Positions 43,957 to 52,952 of a stretch of 64,000 bases of DNA are shown here, piece after piece (positions within the stretch are counted from its first letter, which is position 1; each line of letters opens with the position of its first letter). The stretch covers positions 16,384 to 80,383 of the forward strand of contig JAQUKY010000001.1 of NCBI GenBank assembly GCA_028718805.1, in the 5' to 3' direction. The DNA comes from Candidatus Nanoarchaeia archaeon. GTDB lineage: Archaea > Nanobdellota > Nanobdellia > Pacearchaeales > GW2011-AR1. Made by a program: the position numbers and the translations under genes. Below the pieces are notes generated by a model. That model did no database searches. It was not told where the DNA came from and saw only the letters and a program-made list of their open reading frames with translations.

Positions 43957-46237
43957 TATTCCCATTAATATCCAAATCTTTCTTGGATTCACATTTGGGG
44001 TTGGGGCAGAAGACCCATGGGCGCTTGCCCTGCTTTATTCTTAACAGCAATGGCCATTTGCAGTATTCGCAAATTTTGTCTGTCTTTTTGATGAGGGATT
44101 GAGATGGAAGAGGAAAGGTCTGCTTGCAGTTTGGATATTCTGTGCAGGCCAGGAAATAGGATTTAAATCTTGGAGTGTATTTTATTGTTACTTCTCCTTT
44201 TCCACATTTGGGGCATTTAATCCCAAGCTTATTATCTTCTTTTTCCTGCTCAAAAATAGCCTGATTTGCATCATTTAGTTCTTTTCCTATTTCTTTTTCC
44301 TGCTTTTTAAAATCAGTTGAAATTTTTGTCAATGAATCTTCAGCTTTTTTGATTATTGTTTTTTGTTTTTTATCCAGGTCTTTTTTGCTTACCCTTATAG
44401 AATCCATGTCTTTTTCAAAATCTCTTGTTAATTTTTCATCAATTATTATTGGGGAGTGTTTTTCTAAGCTTTCTATTAGCCTCATTCCAAGTTCTGTTGC
44501 TTGTATGGATTTTCCTTTTACATAATTTCTTTGATATAAAGTCTCAATAATATTTGCTCTTGTTGCTTTTGTTCCTAAATTTCTCTTTTCTAATTCTGTT
44601 ATTATTGAAGCTGGAGAATATCTTTTTGGAGGTTGTGTTTCTTTTTCTTCTATTTTTACACTGTCTATTTTTACTTCCCCATTAAAATCTTTTATTTCTC
44701 TTTCTTCCATTTTTGCAGGATAAACATTCATCCAGCCAGCTTCCAATATTTCCATACCTCTTGTATTAAATTTTAAATTGTTAATTTCTGCTTCAACTTT
44801 CTTATTTGCAAGTTTTGCATCTGCACAAAAACAAGAAATAAATCTTTTCATAATCAGGTTATAAACTTTTTCCTCATAGTCTGTCAATTTACTATAAGTT
44901 CCTGTGGGGATTATTGCGGGGTGGGCAGGGTCAGATTTATTTCCTTCAATTGGCTTGCTTCTTGTGACATGTTTTGTTAAATTTGAATAGGATTTGGATA
45001 ATTGTTTTAAAATTTTTTGAGGATTCATTGCTTCGGGTATTTTTTGAGAAGAAGTTCTTGGATAGGATATTAGCCCTCCGAGATATAGTTTTTGAGCAAC
45101 CTGCAATGTATTTGCAGGGGTTATTGAATGAAATTTATATGCTTCTATTTGCAAAGTAGTTAAATCGAAAGGAGCAGGAGGAGTTATTATTTGTTGAGTT
45201 TTTGTTGTATTTGCAATTGCTTTTTTACCTTTTAACTCTTTGAATTTATCTAACTCTTGTTTTTTTATTATATCTTTTATGTGCTTTAATTCTAATTTAT
45301 TCTTCCCATCGTTTATTTCTATAAAAATCTGCCAGTAAGGTGTTGGCTTAAATGCGTTTATTTGTTTTTCTTTATCCACAATTAAATGCAATGCAGGTCC
45401 TTGAACTCTTCCTATTGACATTATCTTGAATTTTCCTGTTGATGAGATTGCATGCATTAGTGCTCTTGAAAGGTTTATGCCATATAACCAGTCTAAGAAG
45501 TGACGTGTCTCTCCTGCAATTGCCTGCCCCCATTCTATTGTAGGATGAACGTTATCATAAGAATTTTGCAGTTCATCTGCAGTTAATGAACTAAATTTCA
45601 TTCTTTTTGCATCATTTCTGTTTGCAATAAACCTTACAATATTATAACCAATAACCTCTCCTTCAATATCAAAATCTGTCGCAACTATGATTTCAGAGGC
45701 GTTTTTAGAAAGTTTTTGGATTGCAGTATAATAACTCTTGGTAAAATCTCTTTTCCTGACTTCAAAATTTGGCTTCCATCCTATGTCAAAGACAGGATAT
45801 CCTTTTTGTTTCTGGGTCTGGCTTACTGAAAATAAATGGCCTACTGCACATGCAACAATTATTTTTTTATTGTTTCTTTCCAGTTCATAATAATAAACTC
45901 CCTTTCCGCTAGAAACTCTTTTGTCTTTTCCTTCTGATAGTGCTGCTGCAATTTTTGATGCTGCCTGGGGTTTTTCTGTTATTATTAAGATGTAATTGCC
46001 CTTGCCTGGTTTTGTTTTTAATTTTGTTTCTGATGATTCTGACTTTAATTTTTTCTCTTTTGTTTTCTTAACTCTTTCTTTCTTTAGCTTTTTTCCAGGT
46101 TTTTCAATTTTTTCCAGCTCTTCTATTGAAGGTCTTGGTTTTACAGCTACCTCTACTGTTTGCTTTATTGTTTCAGGATTAAAAACCCTGAATTCTTTTT
46201 GTTCTATTATACTATGGTTTATTTTCCTTTTTGGCAT
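43937..46237 (-). CDS. topA: DNA topoisomerase, type IA
   Basis: TOPRIM (YILIITEKPQAA; ATDFDIEGE), active-site Tyr motif (LISYPRTSS) and C-terminal CxxC zinc ribbons (CPKCGKG, CEYCKWP). Confidence 0.85.
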   Translation of the reverse strand: MPKRKINHSIIEQKEFRVFNPETIKQTVEVAVKPRPSIEELEKIEKPGKKLKKERVKKTKEKKLKSESSETKLKTKPGKGNYILIITEKPQAASKIAAALSEGKDKRVSSGKGVYYYELERNNKKIIVACAVGHLFSVSQTQKQKGYPVFDIGWKPNFEVRKRDFTKSYYTAIQKLSKNASEIIVATDFDIEGEVIGYNIVRFIANRNDAKRMKFSSLTADELQNSYDNVHPTIEWGQAIAGETRHFLDWLYGINLSRALMHAISSTGKFKIMSIGRVQGPALHLIVDKEKQINAFKPTPYWQIFIEINDGKNKLELKHIKDIIKKQELDKFKELKGKKAIANTTKTQQIITPPAPFDLTTLQIEAYKFHSITPANTLQVAQKLYLGGLISYPRTSSQKIPEAMNPQKILKQLSKSYSNLTKHVTRSKPIEGNKSDPAHPAIIPTGTYSKLTDYEEKVYNLIMKRFISCFCADAKLANKKVEAEINNLKFNTRGMEILEAGWMNVYPAKMEEREIKDFNGEVKIDSVKIEEKETQPPKRYSPASIITELEKRNLGTKATRANIIETLYQRNYVKGKSIQATELGMRLIESLEKHSPIIIDEKLTRDFEKDMDSIRVSKKDLDKKQKTIIKKAEDSLTKISTDFKKQEKEIGKELNDANQAIFEQEKEDNKLGIKCPKCGKGEVTIKYTPRFKSYFLACTEYPNCKQTFPLPSQSLIKKTDKICEYCKWPLLLRIKQGKRPWVFCPNPKCESKKDLDINGNTKEKGK

Positions 46238-46258
46238 GTTTTATAATTAATCTAAAGG

Positions 46259-47095
46259 CTATTTAAGTTTATTCATTTCTTCAAGTCTTTTTTTGGCATC
46301 AATTGAAGATGAATACATTTTCCAAAATATTCTTGAAAGCCATTCCACCCAATCTTTGTCCTTGAATGTGTAAAATATAAAAATCTTTTTTCTTAATTCA
46401 TGCTCCCTTCCTGTGGGCTCTTTTATCTCTTTTATCCTCATTATTTTATTATCCGAGATTATTGCCCTTAATGGCTGTTCTCTGTGCCTTATCTCTATAA
46501 TCTCTTTTCCATACTTAAAGTTTAAAGATAATAATTTTTTTACATTTTCAATTCCTGCTACATCTACCCTGCAGATAACTTTCATAGTAACCCCCTTTTT
46601 AATCAGCTGTTCGATTATCTTTAATATTTCTATTTTTTTATCCTTAAAATTTATAAAAGAGAGGTTTCCGGAGAATACAATCAGTTGTTTTTTTGTGTTT
46701 AATAAGAACTCTGATAATTCCTCTAAGTTTGTTGATTCTTCACTTGTAACTTCTTCTAATTTTGCTTTCTTATTCTTGTCAGCTATGTGCTGGAACATAT
46801 CAAATGCTGAAAATTCATATTTTGTTTTTCCTCTCATAATCTGTTCTTCTAATTGTTGTTGGAAAACAGAGCTGCTTATTTTTTCTACAGAAGACCAGTA
46901 AACTATTTTTAATGCTCCCCTTGTCCCTTCCCTGAACACCCTTGTTGTTATTGTTCCGAAATTCTTTTCTATTTCCTGAATATACCTGTCTGCTGTCCTC
47001 CAGTTTTTGTTTATATGAACAGCTATTTCCTGAATGCTTCTTGGTTTTGAGTAAACAAAATCCTCTATTTTTTTAATAATCTCTGGATTAAGCAT
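46259..47095 (-). CDS. putative winged-helix regulator (TrmB-like architecture)
   Basis: N-terminal IEDFVYSKPRSIQEIAVHINKNWRTADRYIQEIE is wHTH-like. Start set at the internal ATG 47095; the track ORF extends to 47176. Confidence 0.4.
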   Translation of the reverse strand: MLNPEIIKKIEDFVYSKPRSIQEIAVHINKNWRTADRYIQEIEKNFGTITTRVFREGTRGALKIVYWSSVEKISSSVFQQQLEEQIMRGKTKYEFSAFDMFQHIADKNKKAKLEEVTSEESTNLEELSEFLLNTKKQLIVFSGNLSFINFKDKKIEILKIIEQLIKKGVTMKVICRVDVAGIENVKKLLSLNFKYGKEIIEIRHREQPLRAIISDNKIMRIKEIKEPTGREHELRKKIFIFYTFKDKDWVEWLSRIFWKMYSSSIDAKKRLEEMNKLK

Positions 47096-47300
47096 TTTTA
47101 TTCCTTTTTGATAATTTATGAAACGATTTACTTTGGGGCAATCATGCATAACTTCTGCTCCTGATATCCTCCTCAAAATCGTCTTTGGCTATTACTGAAA
47201 TATTAAGATTTTGATGTTTTTAAGCATTTTGCTTGCATACAACACCATGAACAAAATTTTGTCAGAAATAGGTATATAGTTTACAAGTCCATATTATAGT

Positions 47301-47819
47301 ATGCCTTATTATAATGTAAGCGATGATAAAGAAGGGGAATGTGAGGTTTGCAAAACAACTTACATAAAAGAGGTTTGGGATTCGTTTGGGAGCAACCCTA
47401 ATGATTGGGGCTACCAATTTGAAAATTGTCCGACTTGTTTATATAACCCCCAATTAAAGAGGGATATTTCTGAACTTATTGGGATTGGGGTTCGTGCCGA
47501 TATTGTTGATGGAAAAATCAAATATAATTGCAGAGAATTATCTGAGATGGTTAAAGATGAGGTGATCAGGCATATTCAGAATCTTGAAAATAAAAATGAA
47601 AGAAGATGGCATGAGTTACTATACCATTCTTCTTTACAACTTCCTGAGATGTTGAATAAAAATACGAGGGGAACTTTTAGTTCTTTCGGAAATCTTGAAT
47701 TTAATACGCAAGAGCTTTCTGATTTAGTTAATCAGAAAATTATAGAACTTTGGGGTAGATATGGAGCAAGTGAAGAAAAATGGTTGAAACAGGAGGTCAA
47801 AAGTGGATATATAAAATGA
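47301..47819 (+). CDS. hypothetical zinc-ribbon protein (172 aa)
   Basis: CEVCKTT ... CPTCLYN at the N-terminus. Its stop overlaps the next ATG (ATGA). Confidence 0.45.
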   Translation: MPYYNVSDDKEGECEVCKTTYIKEVWDSFGSNPNDWGYQFENCPTCLYNPQLKRDISELIGIGVRADIVDGKIKYNCRELSEMVKDEVIRHIQNLENKNERRWHELLYHSSLQLPEMLNKNTRGTFSSFGNLEFNTQELSDLVNQKIIELWGRYGASEEKWLKQEVKSGYIK

Positions 47820-48325
47820 AGGTTGTAATAACAGGAGGCCCATGTTCGGGAAAAACAACCCTTATTAATGAGTTAAAGAAAAGAGGATATTATTGTTTAG
47901 ATGAGGTTGCAAGAGAGATTTTAACTGAGAATAAGAATATAAGTTTTCTGGAATTGCAGGAAGAAGTTTTTAAAAAACAAATTCAAAAAGAGAATAATAT
48001 TAATGGAGAACTTGTTTTTTTAGACAGAGGATTGGTTGATAATTATGTTTATTATTCTCAGAGCAATAACTTCCCCGATTATATAAAAAATTTTGAATAT
48101 AAGGGGAGATATGACAAGATTCTCTTCCTTGAGAGATTCCAATTTGAAAATGATGGATTAAGAATAGAAAAAGATGAAAAGGAAGCCGGAGAGATTCATG
48201 ATAAGATAAGGCACACTTATTCTAATTTTGGTTATAATCTCTTGGAAGTTCCAAGAATGGATGTTGGTAAGAGGGCGGATTTTATCTTGTTTCATATTAA
48301 AGACTTGAAAGGGGGTGGGAATTAG
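47816..48325 (+). CDS. P-loop ATPase/kinase (AAA_28 / NadR-kinase-like, predicted ATPase family)
   Basis: MKVVITGGPCSGKTTLINEL, FLDRGLVDNYVY and a C-terminal GY-x-LLEVP pattern. Start set at ATG 47816. Confidence 0.6.
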   Translation: MKVVITGGPCSGKTTLINELKKRGYYCLDEVAREILTENKNISFLELQEEVFKKQIQKENNINGELVFLDRGLVDNYVYYSQSNNFPDYIKNFEYKGRYDKILFLERFQFENDGLRIEKDEKEAGEIHDKIRHTYSNFGYNLLEVPRMDVGKRADFILFHIKDLKGGGN

Positions 48326-48326
48326 A

Positions 48327-49343
48327 ATGGGTGGATGTTACGGAGGAAGTTACGGATACAGTAGTTGTTCAAAACCTAAAAAGGTAAGAAAAGCTCCAAA
48401 CCCTAAGTGGAAGGTTAAATTGAAAGAGTTTGCAAAAGACAATGATCTTGAAGACTTAGTTTCAGCTTACAAGTCTTTTTTCAGGACAAGGACAAAAGGA
48501 GGTTTTTTTGGTAAATTAGCAGAAGCTTGCAAAATAGAAACTGTTAATGATATCCCAAAAGAATTTTCTGAAACTGAATATGAAGTAAAGTTCGATATTG
48601 AACCATATGGGAAGGGTACAGAGCCTTCTGTGGTTCAGTATCTTAATGCATTTGATTTTCCAGTGAGTTCCGGGACAAGATTCCTGAAAGATCCTGTTAA
48701 TCATTTTGCAGAGGGTATCAATCATTTTATAGGAGACGAACTTGATGAAAGACTGGTTGTCATTGAAAAATGCGGGAAAACTTATCTTAAGGAAAAAGGA
48801 TTAGTTGAGCCTGTTAATACTGGAGTTCCTTTTGAGCATGTTGTGATAAAGAGAAGTGAGTCTAGGTATTCTGCAGGAATGGAAGAGATTATCTCTAAAA
48901 CAAAACAGGTTACAGATGAGCCCGGTGTTGAATACAAGGGCAAGATAAGGAAAGAGAAAGGGGATGCTTTTATCTTAGATACAAATGACGGAAGGATTTA
49001 TTCTATGACAATCACAAGAGCTCATTTGACAAAAGCAGGAGAAAAAAAGGAATCTGATATACAGAGACAGCTTGAACTTGAATATGCAGGATATGTTCCT
49101 GGATTTAAGGGTTTTGAAAAAGATTCTGAAAGGCAAATAGTCCAAGGGATGGTTGACCTTGCTAAATACACTGCTATTATGTATAATAATGCACCAATTA
49201 CAGATGGTTGGAGAATGAATCTTCAGATAACAGGCGAGAGAAAATATGATTTTGTTATTGGAAAACAAGATCATATTCTTGGAGCTGGCATGACTAAAGT
49301 GCCTATTCCTTCAATGGCTTTAACTGCTGAAAATGCAAAATAA
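48327..49343 (+). CDS. hypothetical protein, possible CYTH/triphosphate-tunnel-like beta-barrel
   Basis: ATG lies 1 nt after the upstream stop and is preceded by GGGGGTGGG. E-x-E-x-K (TEYEVKFDI) and later alternating charged strands (VIKRSESRY, KGKIRKEKG, RQLELEY). The fold assignment is a guess. Confidence 0.5.
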   Translation: MGGCYGGSYGYSSCSKPKKVRKAPNPKWKVKLKEFAKDNDLEDLVSAYKSFFRTRTKGGFFGKLAEACKIETVNDIPKEFSETEYEVKFDIEPYGKGTEPSVVQYLNAFDFPVSSGTRFLKDPVNHFAEGINHFIGDELDERLVVIEKCGKTYLKEKGLVEPVNTGVPFEHVVIKRSESRYSAGMEEIISKTKQVTDEPGVEYKGKIRKEKGDAFILDTNDGRIYSMTITRAHLTKAGEKKESDIQRQLELEYAGYVPGFKGFEKDSERQIVQGMVDLAKYTAIMYNNAPITDGWRMNLQITGERKYDFVIGKQDHILGAGMTKVPIPSMALTAENAK

Positions 49344-49947
49344 TTTATTTTTTTTGTGCGGACCGCACGGCTCTGGAAAAACAACACTTGCAAGTTTGCT
49401 TGCAGAAAAAGAGAATGTGTTGGTTCCAGAGCTTTTTTCTCGAACAATCAAGCTTAATACTGACCCTAAGGACAGGCTTGTACTCAAAATCTGCCAGAGA
49501 AGCCTTGAAAATTTTGAATATCTTGAAACAGCAAGGAGAAATCCGGATAAGATTGTTCTTGGAAACAGGTGCATTTATGACCAGCTGACCTATAATCTTG
49601 TTTATGCATATAGGGGATGGCTGGACAAGAATAAAGTAGAAAAATATAATCTTCTTTCAGAGAATCTTTATATCAATAGTCTGAAAGAGCCTTTTGCAAT
49701 AGTGTTAAACCCGGGATTTGATGTTGTTAAAAAACATCTTGAGAAGAGATGGCAGGAAAAAGGAAAAAAATGGAGAGAAGATGACTGGGAATATGACAGA
49801 TTAGCATGTGATGTTTACGAACAGTTTAAAGATAATGAAAAAATCTTTTATATTAATCATGAAATTGATTTAAATTCCGGAGATGAAATAAGCCGGGTAT
49901 ACGAGTGGATGAAGGAAATCAAGGAAGGAGTTCCTGTTTTTGCTTAG
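49333..49947 (+). CDS. P-loop NTPase / nucleoside(-tide) kinase-like protein
   Basis: FFLCGPHGSGKTTLASLLA Walker A and a kinase-sized 204 aa. Overlaps the upstream gene by 11 nt. Confidence 0.5.
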   Translation: MQNNLFFLCGPHGSGKTTLASLLAEKENVLVPELFSRTIKLNTDPKDRLVLKICQRSLENFEYLETARRNPDKIVLGNRCIYDQLTYNLVYAYRGWLDKNKVEKYNLLSENLYINSLKEPFAIVLNPGFDVVKKHLEKRWQEKGKKWREDDWEYDRLACDVYEQFKDNEKIFYINHEIDLNSGDEISRVYEWMKEIKEGVPVFA

Positions 49948-50001
49948 ATTTCTGTTCAGAATATAAGTCTTTATATATCTTTGTTGATTAGATGGATTAT
50001 G

Positions 50002-50213
50002 GACTGCTTAATAGGTATTATTAAAAGACCAGAGGGTGATGAATCAAGAAAAAAAGGATTATTAATGAACTGCAGACTGGAAAAGCGCATAAAATGATAA
50101 CTATGGATTCATGTCTTGAACAGCTCTACAATTCTGGGAAGGGGAAAATAGAAAAAGAGCAGGCTATACGCTATGCTTCTAACCAGGAAGTTATGAGAAC
50201 TAAGCTAAAATAG
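50002..50213 (+). pseudogene. frameshifted C-terminal remnant of a PilT-type (twitching-motility/secretion) ATPase
   Basis: Frame B (50043-50213) reads IKKKRIINELQTGKAHKMITMDSCLEQLYNSGKGKIEKEQAIRYASNQEVMRTKLK, which matches the PilT C-terminal pattern IQTG...GMQTMD..L..LY..G.I..E.A. Frame A (50002-50097) reads DCLIGIIKRPEGDESRKKG. No ATPase core is present. Confidence 0.45.
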
Positions 50214-50289
50214 AAAATCAATTCTATATATCAAGATGTATTCTTTCTGTTAAAATTATATTTATAAACTGATATTAAGAGTATATGAA

Positions 50290-50697
50290 ATGGGAAGAAT
50301 AAAAAGAACAGATATTGTTGGACAAAGAATTGTTGAATATCTTCCTTCTCACGATTATGCAACAATTGTTTTAGATAATGGACGTGAACTTGAAATTGGT
50401 GTAGATGAAGATTCTCCTGTTTCTGGTCCAAGACATCCTCCAGTATTAAGAAATATTTATAGTCTGGAGAGAAAATTATCCCGCGTAATAGGGGATAAAA
50501 ATGAGAAGCTGCAAGGAAAATATGAATCTCAGATATCTGAATTAAAAAAATCTCTTGTTGGGAAAAGATTTAATTTTTGTGGGGAATCCTGTTTAGTTAC
50601 AAAAGTTATTTTAGATAAAGAAACAGATACTGATTGTCTGATTATACAACAAGGAGACAGAAAACGAAAAATTGATCTTTATAGCTTAGAGCAATAA
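50290..50697 (+). CDS. hypothetical protein (135 aa)
   Basis: ORF only. Confidence 0.45.
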   Translation: MGRIKRTDIVGQRIVEYLPSHDYATIVLDNGRELEIGVDEDSPVSGPRHPPVLRNIYSLERKLSRVIGDKNEKLQGKYESQISELKKSLVGKRFNFCGESCLVTKVILDKETDTDCLIIQQGDRKRKIDLYSLEQ

Positions 50698-50709
50698 TCA
50701 TTTTTAGAA

Positions 50710-51330
50710 TTAAATCTCAATTATCTTTCCTTTCTTGCCAACAGAAATTACTCTTGTTTTCCCTATTTTTTCGTTTAATCCCTCTGCTTCATGAATATGG
50801 CCTGAAATAAACAAATCGGGCTGAAATTTTTCAATTGCTTTTCTTATGGCCTTGCTTCCTGGAAATCCTGAAAATTCTGCTTTTGTTCTTGCAGCATGCA
50901 TATGGCTGACCATTATCTTCTTTTCCAAATCCTTGATTTTTTCAAAGTCTTTTTCCAGTTTTTTAAATGCATTACCCTCGTTTAATTTCAGCTGCCAGTC
51001 TTCATTGCCCACCCCAAAAATTCCAACATTGTCATACTTGACATAGTGTTTTCCAATATTTTTTATGCCATATAACCTTGAGATAGTTTCTGTGGCTTCT
51101 GTTGTATCCCAGTTTCCAGGAACAAAAACAACCCTCTTGTTTTTCTGGAGAAACGGCTTTATTAAATTTTCAGTTTCAATCAATCCCGTTATATCTCCTG
51201 TCAGGACAACCAGATCAACATTTTCTTTTTCAGCTTTTTCAGCTAATCTTTTTGATGCAGACGAATCTCCATGAAAATCCCCTGCTGCGAGAATCTTGAA
51301 TTTCTTTTGTTTGTTTATCTGGTTTTTCAT
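50710..51330 (-). CDS. calcineurin-like metallophosphoesterase (YfcE/MJ0936-like)
   Basis: ILAAGDFHGD, VVLTGDITG, VPGNWD and SGHIHE motifs in canonical order. Confidence 0.75.
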   Translation of the reverse strand: MKNQINKQKKFKILAAGDFHGDSSASKRLAEKAEKENVDLVVLTGDITGLIETENLIKPFLQKNKRVVFVPGNWDTTEATETISRLYGIKNIGKHYVKYDNVGIFGVGNEDWQLKLNEGNAFKKLEKDFEKIKDLEKKIMVSHMHAARTKAEFSGFPGSKAIRKAIEKFQPDLFISGHIHEAEGLNEKIGKTRVISVGKKGKIIEI

Positions 51331-51412
51331 GATTTTCTTAAGATAGTTATATTTTTAAACCCTATTTTATTCTATTTTTGACCATAGGGGAAGAGAGTTC
51401 TGATAATTTGAA

Positions 51413-51880
51413 ATGGCAGAAGATAAATTAAGTATGATACTCGGGTTAGAACTCTCTTCTAAGGCCCTGGAACATTATTTTTCTCTTAAAAAGAGAGGTA
51501 TTAGCAGTATTGATGTAGCTAAAGAGTTTGTAATCGAACTTGATAAAAAATCTATTGATTTAAAGCAGATGATTGAAGATTTTACTTATGCGTTCTTAGG
51601 GGATAAAGATGCTCAAAAATGGTCTCAAAAAAAACCTGTTTTGGGAAAAATGCAGGATGATAGAAAATATGCTTTAAGACTAATAGGACAGCATGTTAAA
51701 AATGACGGAAAGACTTCAGAAGAGGAGAGGGGTTTTGACTATATTATCAGTCATTTAAGATATCTGAATAAAACTAAAGATAAGGACCAAAAAATAAAAA
51801 GTGATGCTTATGCAAGATTACATGGGTTTTTTGACTACATTGCCCAAGAAGCTGAGAAGGAAGTTAGCAAACTCTTCTAA
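51413..51880 (+). CDS. hypothetical protein (155 aa)
   Basis: ORF only. Its leader (GGGGAAGAGAGTTCTGATAATTTGAAATG) resembles the leader of the 25996 gene (GGGAAAAAGAGTTCTGATATGAAAAATG). Confidence 0.45.
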   Translation: MAEDKLSMILGLELSSKALEHYFSLKKRGISSIDVAKEFVIELDKKSIDLKQMIEDFTYAFLGDKDAQKWSQKKPVLGKMQDDRKYALRLIGQHVKNDGKTSEEERGFDYIISHLRYLNKTKDKDQKIKSDAYARLHGFFDYIAQEAEKEVSKLF

Positions 51881-51913
51881 ATTTTTTGCAACTATTTTAT
51901 ACCTAAAAGAGGT

Positions 51914-52366
51914 TTATCCTGCGAGGATTTTAACAGCAGCACATATTTTTTCTTTATCAGACATGTTGTACTTATATTCATACACCTCTTTAAGAATTTC
52001 TTTGGATTCTTCTGGTTTTATGCCGTGTGTTGCTGATTCAAATCGTTTTTTTAGCTGTTCTACTTCCAAACCATGAAAAAGATAAGAAGTTTTCTCTTCA
52101 CCTTCTTTTAATAAATCTTCAATATCATTTCCAAGAGGCCTAATATATGCATAAACTTTTTTTGAATCAGTAAAAGGCAAGGATTTTTTTTGAGAATCTC
52201 TTTTTACACTTAAATCTATAACTGAGCAGTCTTCTATATCCAAAGCAATTACTTCTAAGTTCCCTATTCCATCTAATTCTGGCTCTGTTTTTAAAATTGG
52301 TGTCTCTTGTTTATCTTCTGTTTTAGCATATTTTTGTTCTATCATCTTTAAAATTTTACATATCAA
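51914..52366 (-). CDS. hypothetical protein (150 aa), last gene of the HD / radical SAM / kinase operon
   Basis: Overlaps the kinase gene by 11 nt. No motif recognised. Confidence 0.5.
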   Translation of the reverse strand: MICKILKMIEQKYAKTEDKQETPILKTEPELDGIGNLEVIALDIEDCSVIDLSVKRDSQKKSLPFTDSKKVYAYIRPLGNDIEDLLKEGEEKTSYLFHGLEVEQLKKRFESATHGIKPEESKEILKEVYEYKYNMSDKEKICAAVKILAG

Positions 52367-52952
52367 GAGTTTTTAAGTTTTTATAGACAAAAATTTCTAG
52401 CGCTTTAGATGATTGTTCTGCTGTTTTATTTGTAGTATCTATCTTTGTTTTATAGCCATTGAATTTTGTGTATAAATCTAAATATTTATTTTCTCTTGAA
52501 ATTATCAGATGAGGATTTTTTGAGAGGATTTTGTGATATTTATTATCTGAACTTTTACTAAGTCTTTTGATTATTTCTTCTAAAGATGCATGAAAGTATA
52601 CCAGTGCATCTGGTTTGATTATAAATGGTTTGAAAATTTTTGCTATTAATTTATTATACTCTCTTTCTGCAGTCGGGTAGGATAAAATGGAAAGGTCATA
52701 TCTGTCCTGCAATATTATCTTATTTTGCTTTAAATTTGGTTTTATTATCCTGTATTGAATATACATCAACTCCAGCAAAAATAACAAAGTTGATGGAAAT
52801 TTTCTTGCTAATTTGCCTATAAAAGTATCTGAACCAATTCCTTTGCTGTATATATAGTCATTATTCTCTTTGTTATTGCTTAATAGCTGTTTAATTGTTG
52901 TTGTTTTACCTGTTCCATCTAATCCTTCGCATATAATTAAAAGTCCTTTCAT
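52356..52952 (-). CDS. thymidylate kinase-family P-loop protein
   Basis: LIICEGLDGTGKTTT (the EG-DG-GK-T motif of dTMP kinases) and QDRYDLSILSY (DRY..S..Y). Its ATG overlaps the upstream TGA (ATGA). Confidence 0.65.
   Translation of the reverse strand: MKGLLIICEGLDGTGKTTTIKQLLSNNKENNDYIYSKGIGSDTFIGKLARKFPSTLLFLLELMYIQYRIIKPNLKQNKIILQDRYDLSILSYPTAEREYNKLIAKIFKPFIIKPDALVYFHASLEEIIKRLSKSSDNKYHKILSKNPHLIISRENKYLDLYTKFNGYKTKIDTTNKTAEQSSKALEIFVYKNLKTLDM

Noticed and set aside
49320-49588. ORFs 49320-49574 (minus) and 49388-49588 (plus) at the start of the second kinase gene
   Set aside because: They overlap the Walker-A-containing frame (49333-49947) and have no motifs. Alternative or antisense frames only.
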